Assembly (NCBI GenBank): GCA_964483805.1
Contig: CAZADH010000034.1
Location: forward strand, 1 to 25,850
From: an uncultured bacterium
GTDB taxonomy: Bacteria; Muiribacteriota; Ozemobacteria; Ozemobacterales; Ozemobacteraceae
Direction: 5' to 3'
DNA: 25,850 nt
Positions 1-7,132 of this stretch are shown one piece after another (position 1 is the first letter of the stretch; every line of letters begins with the position of its first letter). The translations under genes and the position numbers were made by a program. Under the pieces are notes generated by a model, which saw only the letters and a list, made by a program, of their open reading frames with translations, searched no databases and was not told where the DNA came from.

Positions 1-324
1 CTTGATCACGGCTTTGATCAGGTAAGGATCGATGCCTTCGCGATGGGCTGCCTCGTTGATGATGCTCGAAAACGCCTCATCGTTGGGCAGCATGACTTTC
101 TGGGATTCGAAGCGCATGACGGTCTGGCCCGGTGCCTCGCCTTGCGGGTTGTCCATTTCAGCCCGGTCTTTGCGCGTGGTGACGACGATCCGGTATTTGC
201 TGTTCGGGGGTTGATCGGTCAGATAGAGATGGCCGCGCTCATCACGAAAAGCGTAGATCGCGCCCTCGACCGGCACCACCGCCGCAACGAGCAAGCTGAG
301 AATCAATGAGACCTTGCGAATCAA
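1..324 (-). CDS. Secreted lytic transglycosylase-like protein, N-terminal part only (DUF4124-like module followed by the start of an SLT domain). The gene runs off the left edge of the window.
   Basis: This reverse-strand frame has no stop in the window, so it is absent from the ORF track. A TTG start at 322-324 is preceded by an AGGGGG ribosome-binding site. It translates to MIRKVSLILSLLVAAVVPVEGAIYAFRDERGHLYLTDQPPNSKYRIVV...EAAHREGIDPYLIKAVIK. That is a signal peptide, then a 'Y.F.DE.G..Y.TD.PP' DUF4124-type motif, then a 'GIDP.LI.AVI' onset typical of SLT/MltE-like transglycosylases. Third codon positions are strongly G/C. Confidence 0.5.
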   Translation of the reverse strand, partial: MIRKVSLILSLLVAAVVPVEGAIYAFRDERGHLYLTDQPPNSKYRIVVTTRKDRAEMDNPQGEAPGQTVMRFESQKVMLPNDEAFSSIINEAAHREGIDPYLIKAVIK

Positions 325-671
325 GCGTCTCCCCCTTTTTATCGGGCGCGAGGCCCGAAAACGAGTGCCGGGTCCCTTGCGACTGCGCCATCGTGGCCGC
401 AAGGGCCCACTTCGCGCATCCGTGCGCTTGGGTCGTGAGCAGCCCAACGTTCACTTTGCCCATCCCGGGCGGGCGTCACCGAGCGAAAATACAAGTAATC
501 ACATTCCTCATCGGCGCAAACATGCATTCGGTTTAGTCTTGCTTCATGTTACCACGGGATCGCGGTGACCATAGGGGAGCGTGGCAGGCTGGGACTGTCG
601 TGGCAACAAGCAACGGCGCCCCACCGAAGACTCACGGATGGGGCGCCGGGTAGGCGGTCGAAACGGACTGT

Positions 672-1043
672 TTATGCGGCCGGGGCGAGGGCGTGCTCCT
701 GGGGCGTCGCCGGTGTCGGCACCGGGGTGGCGGGTGTTGCCTGCGCGGTCGTCGTTGCGCCGGCGATTGGCGTCGTGGCGCGGACCACGGCCTGCCAACC
801 GGTAACACAGGTCTCGAGATGCCACTGGTCATCTTTCGACGGGGCCTTGCCGGCCTCGATGGCGGTGGCGGCGTTGTGGCACATCCAACACGTGCGGTTC
901 TGCGCCCGAAAAGCGGCGGCCCACTCTTGCGGTGTGGTTGGCAGAAGTTGCCCGGTGATGGGGCGAGGGGTGACCTGGCTGGTGGGGTCCGACATGGAGT
1001 GTGCCTCGCTGATTGGGAGTGGCATCAGGAAAAGTGGGGCCAT
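672..1043 (-). CDS. Hypothetical small protein with a single CWMCH (CxxCH / CxxC) motif and a Thr/Ala/Pro-rich C-terminal tail. The start is uncertain; an internal ATG at 995 with a GAGG upstream is an alternative.
   Basis: This is the only ORF in the 330-1300 gap whose third codon positions are almost all G/C, as in the bona fide genes here. It contains the motif RTCWMCHNAATAIEAGK. No N-terminal hydrophobic signal is visible, so c-type heme attachment is not assured. Confidence 0.3.
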   Translation of the reverse strand: MAPLFLMPLPISEAHSMSDPTSQVTPRPITGQLLPTTPQEWAAAFRAQNRTCWMCHNAATAIEAGKAPSKDDQWHLETCVTGWQAVVRATTPIAGATTTAQATPATPVPTPATPQEHALAPAA

Positions 1044-1243
1044 TAAAACAACGGTATGACGGTCAGCGCAAGCGACGAGCCGAAGTCGAAATCAGCCACT
1101 GGACCGGTTTCTTGTCAAAGGATGGGGGACACTGTACCGTCGGTGAGCCAATGAGAGACTTTTTCGTGTACCCCGCGTTTTGGCGGGCTTTCGGTGGCGA
1201 TCAGGTGGACGCACCCGCACCTGCAATGCGCGGGGCGGCCGAT

Positions 1244-1275
1244 GAAAAACCCCCGATGCACGAATGCATCGGGGG
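1244..1275 (-). terminator. Rho-independent terminator of the hppA-like gene
   Basis: A perfect 11-bp inverted repeat, cccccgatgca (1250-1260) / tgcatcggggg (1265-1275), has a 4-nt loop. On the minus-strand transcript it is followed by UUUUUC (complement of gaaaaa, 1244-1249). It lies 27 nt downstream of the hppA stop at 1302. Confidence 0.6.
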
Positions 1276-1301
1276 TCGACGAATACTGCTATGTCTGGGG
1301 C

Positions 1302-4300
1302 TTAGAACGGGTCGGCGTCAACCTTGGGACTGGCGGAACCCGAACCGGAACCGTTGGCCGGGGCTGCCGCACTGCCGCTACCGGCCGGTGTTGCGCTGCC
1401 TGTGCCGGATCCAGAGCCGGTCGGCGTCACGGCGCTGCCGGACCCTGCCGCTGCAGCGCTACCCGAGCCGGAACCGCCAGCAGCGGGGGGCGTCGTGGGG
1501 GCAACCGGAGCCGTGGCGCCCGAGGCCGAGGCACTGCCGGATCCGCTGCCGGTCGCAGTTGTCTGGTCGGAACCCGTTGCGGCTGGAGCGGCGGCGCTGC
1601 CGGAGCCCGCAGCGGATGCGCTTCCTGAACCGCTGCCCGCGGCCGCAGCACTGCCACTGCCGGCGGCGGCCGGACTGCCGGAACCGCTGCCTGCAGCAGG
1701 TTTGGGTGTATCGTCAAAGCCACCGAACCCGCCGTCATCGGCGGGTTTGCCGCTGGCTTTGCCGGAACCGCTGCCTGCAGCGGGTTTGGGCGTATCGTCG
1801 AAACCACCGAACCCACCGTCATCGGCGGGCTTGCCGCTGGCTTTACCGGAACCGCTGCCGGCAGCGGGTTTCGGGGTGTCATCGAAACCGCCGAAGCCAC
1901 CGTCACCGCCGGAAGTCGGCTTCACACCAGGCTTCGCCGAAGCATCGCCACTGGCCTTGCCGGAACCGCTGCCGGCGGCCGGCGGCTCGACGGTAGCCGA
2001 GCCGATTGCCTCGGTGCCACTGCCGGTGTCGCCGAGCAATGCTTCCTCGTCGTCGGGAATCAGACCCTGCTCGGGGGCGAGCAACGGATCGTCTTCTTCC
2101 ATGTTGTCGTAATACTCATCGCCACCGGTGCGCGCAGTACCGCTGGCAGCGCCGACGTCACCGGGCAGGAAGATGCCGGCCTGGCGACCGCTGGTGTCGT
2201 ACTTGTTCTTGAACTCGTCGCGCAGGCGGGTGTTGGCAGGGCTGAAGCCGAGCAAGCCCTGGATGCTGGGCGAGTAGGAAACGATCAGGCCGGCCACGAC
2301 GATCGAGACCAGGCTCATGACCTTGATGAGTGAGGTCAATGCCGGTCCGGATGCGTCTTTGAGCGAATTGCCGACGCTGCCCGACAGCACGACCGCTTTG
2401 TGACTATCGGACCCCTTACCGCCGCACTGGCCGCCTTCGATGTACTTCTTGGCGTTGTCCCAGGTGCCGCCGGTGTTGGTCAGGAAGCCGGCGAGAACGA
2501 AACCGGTGGCGAGTGCGCCTGCGAGCAGGCCCATAACGCCGTTGGCGCCGAGGAGGAGACCGACGAGGATGGGTGCTGCGAGAGCGGTGACAATCGGGAG
2601 GACCATCTCGTTCTGGACACCCGCGGTTACAGCGGTGATGCACTGGGCATGGTTGGCCTTGGCATTCGCATCGCCCTTGAGGAGCCCGGGGTTGTCGTGG
2701 AACTGGCGCTTGACCTCGGCAGCGAGCGCTTTCGCCGCGAGACCCACGGCTTTGAGCATCATCGATGCGAAGAGCGATGCCAGCATGGCACCCAACAACA
2801 GGCCACCCAACACCTGCGGGTTCAGCAGCGTGACGTCGAAGTAGCTCATGAAGTCGCCGACGACGGCCTTGTCGAGAGCCACGGCCTGGGTCGAGCTTGG
2901 GAACACGCACTTGTCGAAGCGGTCTCCGGTGGAATCGGCGTAGCGAATGAGTCCGGAGCGAATCGACTCGACGTAGGCCGCGAGCAGAGCGACGGCCGAG
3001 AGGGTGGCCGCAACGACGGCGTAACCGCGGCTCGACGCGGCGGTCGTGGCACCAAAAGCCAGGGCGTCGGTGCGTTTGCGCACGTCGGGGCCGGCCTGGG
3101 TCATTTCGGCACAGCGTGCTGCATTGTCGGCGATCGGGCCGTAGGCACCGGCCGTCAGGACCAACGACAACGGGGCCAGCATGCCGACTGCGGCCAGAGC
3201 GATGCCATAGAGGCCACGCGCAAAGGCGAAGTTGATCGGACCGGAGGCTGGATCATAGCCACCGGCGAACAGGAAGGCCAGAACCATACCGACGATCACC
3301 ACGATCAGCGTGGGGCCGACCGTGGAGCCCAAACCGATGGTCAGACCGGCGAGCAACACGGTATTGGGCCCGCTCGAAGCCTGCGTGGCAAGCTCCTGGG
3401 TGGGCGGGAACTCGGTCGAGGTGTAGTAATCGGTCGACCAGCCAATGACGATTCCGACCAGCAGGCCGACGCCGATCGATCCGCACAACTTGAAGTAATC
3501 GGGCATCATCGCATAGACGGCAAAGACGGCGATGGCCGCGAGCACTGCAGAAGAGATCAGGAGGCTGCGGTTGACGGTGCCGGCGAGGTCTTTCTGGGTC
3601 GCGTCTTCGGTGGCCCGAATCGACAGGACACCGAACAACGACGCGATGACGCCGGCGCCGGCAAGCACCAAAGGCAGGATGATGGCAGCAATCTGGAGGC
3701 TTTCGATGGAGGCCTTCTGGGCGGCGTCTTTGATTGCAGCGGTCTCAGGGCGGAACGCCGTGGCGCCGAGCGCGGCGGCAGCCAGGATCGCACCGAGATA
3801 CGACTCGTAGAGGTCGGTGCCGAGGGCCGACACGTCACTGACGTTGTTGCCCAGTTGAGCGGCGACCACGGCCGGATTCCGCGGATCGTCTTGCGGCGCG
3901 CCGGCTTCGTTCTTGGCAACCAGTTCGGCGCCCAGTTCGGTGGCCTTGGCAAACACGCCGCCGCCGGCACGGGCGAACAGGGCGTGAATACTGGCACCGA
4001 TCCCGAAGGTGAGCAGAATCGAGGTCAGGTCGACGTAGTCGCGAATGCCGAACCGGACCATGTAATTGCTATTGGGCCCGAATACGCCGGCATCGTTGGT
4101 CTGCGACATGGCCCAAGACAGAATCTTGAACCAGATCGAAATGTCGGCGAGCGCGAGACCCGCGGCGAGAAAGCCGATGACGGCAGCGCCGCGAACGGCC
4201 ATGTTCATGCCCGCCGCGAGCGATTGCTTGGCAGCCTCGGCGGTGCGCGCATTGGCATGGGCAGAAGCGATCAACCCCGCGTAGCCGGCGATCAACGAAA

Positions 4301-4589
4301 ACAGGCCGCCGAACAGAAACGCGATCGGGGTCCAGGCGCTCTGAGCCTTCAGTACATAGGCCAGGAAGGCAAAGAACAGGAAGCCGAAGAAGTAGCACAT
4401 ACCCACGGCGCGGTTCTGCTGCGAGAGGTACGCGACAGCACCGTCGTAGGTAGCCGTGGCGATGCTCTGGGCCTTGTCGTTGCCGGCCCCGGCCCGGATC
4501 ATCGCATCATAGAACCAGTAGGCAATGGCCAGGCCCAAGACGGCGCCAATAGGTGCCAACCAAAAAAGGGTTTCAGGCGATACATTCAC
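1302..4589 (-). CDS. hppA: Membrane-integral pyrophosphatase homolog (H+-translocating PPase / HppA family) with an atypical ~325-aa low-complexity C-terminal extension
   Basis: The 1095-aa ORF uses a GTG start, with GAGGAGG 12 nt upstream. M-PPase signatures are present: DDPRNPA, GPIADNA, DYYTS, GGTWDNAKKYIEGG, HKAVV...LKDASGP and about 16 hydrophobic helices. Canonical M-PPases end about 15 aa after the last TM, whereas here a ~325-aa G/S/A/T/P-rich tail follows. Several conserved acidic residues appear substituted (see findings). Confidence 0.85.
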   Translation of the reverse strand: MNVSPETLFWLAPIGAVLGLAIAYWFYDAMIRAGAGNDKAQSIATATYDGAVAYLSQQNRAVGMCYFFGFLFFAFLAYVLKAQSAWTPIAFLFGGLFSLIAGYAGLIASAHANARTAEAAKQSLAAGMNMAVRGAAVIGFLAAGLALADISIWFKILSWAMSQTNDAGVFGPNSNYMVRFGIRDYVDLTSILLTFGIGASIHALFARAGGGVFAKATELGAELVAKNEAGAPQDDPRNPAVVAAQLGNNVSDVSALGTDLYESYLGAILAAAALGATAFRPETAAIKDAAQKASIESLQIAAIILPLVLAGAGVIASLFGVLSIRATEDATQKDLAGTVNRSLLISSAVLAAIAVFAVYAMMPDYFKLCGSIGVGLLVGIVIGWSTDYYTSTEFPPTQELATQASSGPNTVLLAGLTIGLGSTVGPTLIVVIVGMVLAFLFAGGYDPASGPINFAFARGLYGIALAAVGMLAPLSLVLTAGAYGPIADNAARCAEMTQAGPDVRKRTDALAFGATTAASSRGYAVVAATLSAVALLAAYVESIRSGLIRYADSTGDRFDKCVFPSSTQAVALDKAVVGDFMSYFDVTLLNPQVLGGLLLGAMLASLFASMMLKAVGLAAKALAAEVKRQFHDNPGLLKGDANAKANHAQCITAVTAGVQNEMVLPIVTALAAPILVGLLLGANGVMGLLAGALATGFVLAGFLTNTGGTWDNAKKYIEGGQCGGKGSDSHKAVVLSGSVGNSLKDASGPALTSLIKVMSLVSIVVAGLIVSYSPSIQGLLGFSPANTRLRDEFKNKYDTSGRQAGIFLPGDVGAASGTARTGGDEYYDNMEEDDPLLAPEQGLIPDDEEALLGDTGSGTEAIGSATVEPPAAGSGSGKASGDASAKPGVKPTSGGDGGFGGFDDTPKPAAGSGSGKASGKPADDGGFGGFDDTPKPAAGSGSGKASGKPADDGGFGGFDDTPKPAAGSGSGSPAAAGSGSAAAAGSGSGSASAAGSGSAAAPAATGSDQTTATGSGSGSASASGATAPVAPTTPPAAGGSGSGSAAAAGSGSAVTPTGSGSGTGSATPAGSGSAAAPANGSGSGSASPKVDADPF
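1684..1935. repeat. Three tandem 84-bp (28-aa) direct repeats inside the hppA 3' region
   Basis: Unit ccgctgcctgcagc(a/g)ggtttggg(t/c)gtatcgtc(a/g)aa(g/a)ccaccgaacc... recurs at about 1684, 1768 and 1852. It encodes GGFGGFDDTPKPAAGSGSGKASGKPADD three times. The first two copies are near-identical. Confidence 0.8.
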
Positions 4590-4694
4590 GATGAACCGAG
4601 ACCTCCTCGCGCGCTAGAGATACCATCCGCACCGGATTCTGCACGAACGGCTGCGGAAACCGCTCGCTTTGTGCAACTACTCCGAGAACCTGAA

Positions 4695-4724
4695 AATATA
4701 GTGGTAATGCAAAGATACTGTCAA
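4695..4724 (-). promoter_or_regulatory. Sigma70-type promoter for hppA (-35 TTGACA, 18-nt spacer, -10 TATATT)
   Basis: On the minus strand, TTGACA is the complement of 4719-4724 and TATATT the complement of 4695-4700. The spacing is exactly 18 nt. It sits in the AT-richer divergent intergenic region 4590-4787 and predicts a 5'UTR of about 95 nt. Confidence 0.45.
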
Positions 4725-4787
4725 TGGCGTTGGCGCTGTTTTCACAATCTAAATGTGGCGGGTTGGTGAGCGTGGTATCATCGGCGT

Positions 4788-7097
4788 ATGGACAGAACAC
4801 AGACGACAAGACGGCAGCGTTTCGTTTCTTGGCTGGGCGTCGTCACGTGGGTACTGTTGGGCGTGGTGTCCGGATGGGCTCAAACCCCGGCGGTTCCGAC
4901 GACCATTGATGACGCAAGTGCAGCGGGTGAGGCTGCGGGTTCTCCGCGGGCCTTGTATCGACAGGCCCACGCCGATTTTACGGCCGGCCGAATCGATCAG
5001 GCCTGGACCACGGCCATCGGGGTGTTTCGCCAGGGACATCGGTCGGTCAACTTGTTGAACCTGTTGGCGGCGATCGAGTTGAAGGCTGGCCGTCAGGCGA
5101 TTGCCGGCTTGTGGCTGAAGAAGGCGTTGTGTTTCGATCCGGGCGACTCGACGGCGCGGCGTTTGCTGGCGCAGATGCCCCCGTCCCCGCGGCCGGTTCC
5201 CTTGCGGCCCAACCAGACACGCGAACACCTCGACGAGATCAGCCGGCAACTTCCGGAGTTGCTGTCGCGCCTGAACAATCCCCAGACCTTTGCGCGGCGG
5301 ATTCTCGAAGAGTTGCAGTTTGGTCGCTTCTATCACGCGTTGGCGCTGGCCGAAGAGTACGAGAAGCGGCATCCGGGGCCCGAAGCGCAGGGGTTATCGG
5401 CACTGGCGGCGATGTTTCTCGGGCAGAACCGCGAAGCGCTGGCCATGGCCGGCAATGCGCTGAAGACGGCGCCCGATCAGCCGATTGCAGCGACCGTGGT
5501 AGCCATGCTGACCGATACGAATCCGCTGTCGTCGACGTCGAGCAATGCGCGTTCGGCATACGATCGTGACCGATTCGGCGAAGCAATCGCGGCGGCCAAC
5601 CGACTCGTACAGATCGATGCGCGCAGTGCCGAAGGCAACCTGGTGCTGGCGCGAATCGCGCTCGATCGCCTCGACATGGCGACGGCAGACAAACAGTTGG
5701 CCGAAGCTCTGAAACGTGACCCGGACCACCCGTTGGCTCATTTGTACAACGTCGAGCTGGCGATGAACACCAACAATGCGTCGGCAGCCGCGCGCAGTCT
5801 CGATTTTGCGTGGCGTCGCGGTTACAACCTCCCGTCGGTCCGGTTGCGCGCCGGTCTTGTCGCGTTGGCAGGTGGCCGGGTGACCGAAGCCCGTCAGATC
5901 CTCGCTGATTGTCAGCAGATGATGCCGTTCGTTGACCGCGATGCCTGGCCGCTTTGCGTGCAACTTGGCATCAACGTCGATCCGGCCCACGTGAGAAACG
6001 TCCTGAAAACCTGGCGTGAGCGGTTGGGTACCACGGCTCTGTCGTGCTACTACGAGGCGCTCATCGAGCGCAACGCCAACAATATGGAGCGGGCTGTGGC
6101 GCTGATCAAGCAGGGCATGGCGGCGAACCCCGATCTCATCGCGCCGCTTCCTGCCGTGTCGTTAATCGCGAATCTCGCTGGTGATGCGGAGTTGGCCCGG
6201 GCCGTATTGGAACGGGTGGTGGCAGCCCGCCCCGACGATCAGGAGTTGCGTCGCCAGTTGTCGATGCTCACCACCAAGGTTTCGACCGAGGCGTCGATGG
6301 ACAAGCGTGACACCGGGCCGTTTACGGTCGAGCATCCGAGTGAGTTGTCGTCGGCGCTGCTCGACGCCGTTCTGGCGATGTTGAACCGGACCTACGGTGA
6401 TCTGACCCGTCTGTTCGGGATTTCACCCAAGCCGGTGCCGGTTCGCCTCGTCGTGACGCCGGGTGCCGGCGATCGCATTGCCTTGTTCGATCGGGCGTCG
6501 GGCAAACTGACGCTGTCGGTCATTCTCGGAGATGCCGACGGCATGGCCAAACTCGTGGCCGACATGTATCCCGAAGTGGCCAACAGCGAGCAGAAAGCAT
6601 TCGGTGAGCAGTTCGCCCGGCACACGCTGTTTCACGAGTTCAGTCATCTTCTGGTGGGCAAGGCGCTCGAAGGAGTCAAGCCCACCGGCATCCAGGCTAC
6701 CTGGTTGCATGAGGGCCTGGCCGAGGTCATTGGCGGTGAGTCCTCGGTGTTGTCGGTGCGCCTGAAACGCCTGCAGCAGGCGCGGCGCGACGGTAAATAC
6801 AAGATATTGGCACCGCCGGCGCTGAACGCGCTGTTGACGGCCACGAAGGCCTCCCCCGTCGAACTCGAGGGTGCGTATGCCCAGTCGTATCTGATGGTGT
6901 CGCACCTGCTCAAGAAATCGGGTGGATTGCTGGTGGGGCTGTCGTTGTTGATCGAGGCGATTCGCCAGCAAGAGACGGGCAAGTCGTTGAGTGAGACGTT
7001 GACGAACATCTACCAGGAAAACGCCGAGGTCTTTGCCCAGTCGTGGCAAGAGGCTGGCGAGCCGTGCATCGAAAAAGGACAACCGTTCACGTGGTGA
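4788..7097 (+). CDS. Secreted TPR-repeat protein with a C-terminal peptidase-MA-like (HExxH ... EGLAE) putative zinc metallopeptidase module
   Basis: The 769-aa protein has an N-terminal signal peptide (RRQRFVSWLGVVTWVLLGVVSGWAQT). Its middle portion is Ala/Leu-rich helical repeats (TPR-like). The C-terminal region carries HEFSHLLVGK...WLHEGLAEVIGG, matching the HExxH plus downstream EGxAE arrangement of Peptidase_MA_2-type domains. Confidence 0.6.
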   Translation: MDRTQTTRRQRFVSWLGVVTWVLLGVVSGWAQTPAVPTTIDDASAAGEAAGSPRALYRQAHADFTAGRIDQAWTTAIGVFRQGHRSVNLLNLLAAIELKAGRQAIAGLWLKKALCFDPGDSTARRLLAQMPPSPRPVPLRPNQTREHLDEISRQLPELLSRLNNPQTFARRILEELQFGRFYHALALAEEYEKRHPGPEAQGLSALAAMFLGQNREALAMAGNALKTAPDQPIAATVVAMLTDTNPLSSTSSNARSAYDRDRFGEAIAAANRLVQIDARSAEGNLVLARIALDRLDMATADKQLAEALKRDPDHPLAHLYNVELAMNTNNASAAARSLDFAWRRGYNLPSVRLRAGLVALAGGRVTEARQILADCQQMMPFVDRDAWPLCVQLGINVDPAHVRNVLKTWRERLGTTALSCYYEALIERNANNMERAVALIKQGMAANPDLIAPLPAVSLIANLAGDAELARAVLERVVAARPDDQELRRQLSMLTTKVSTEASMDKRDTGPFTVEHPSELSSALLDAVLAMLNRTYGDLTRLFGISPKPVPVRLVVTPGAGDRIALFDRASGKLTLSVILGDADGMAKLVADMYPEVANSEQKAFGEQFARHTLFHEFSHLLVGKALEGVKPTGIQATWLHEGLAEVIGGESSVLSVRLKRLQQARRDGKYKILAPPALNALLTATKASPVELEGAYAQSYLMVSHLLKKSGGLLVGLSLLIEAIRQQETGKSLSETLTNIYQENAEVFAQSWQEAGEPCIEKGQPFTW

Positions 7098-7132
7098 CAC
7101 CTGCTCGATGTCGGTTTGATGTCGGGTCGGTC

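Noticed and set aside
615-647. A 9-bp perfect inverted repeat as the terminator of the CxxCH ORF
   Set aside because: There is no U/T tract on either strand. It is kept only as a note inside a finding, not as a terminator feature.
1013-2112. ORFs 1013-1996(+), 1324-2112(+) and 1427-1906(-) over the hppA tail repeats
   Set aside because: They are alternative frames or strands of the repeat-rich 3' end of hppA and give Arg/Pro/Cys-rich nonsense translations. The hppA frame is continuous with the conserved catalytic core.
2400-4769. A 789-aa ORF on the + strand antisense to hppA, and the 164-aa ORF at 2416-2910
   Set aside because: It lies exactly opposite a gene with multiple conserved M-PPase motifs. 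The translation is R/G/D/E/Q-rich low complexity with no hydrophobic cores. Long antisense ORFs are expected in about 70% GC DNA.
7043-7132. Upstream start (7043) for the 5'-nucleotidase gene
   Set aside because: It overlaps the end of the TPR-peptidase gene. The ATG at 7133 yields a textbook signal peptide, and the extension before it is Arg-rich and non-hydrophobic.
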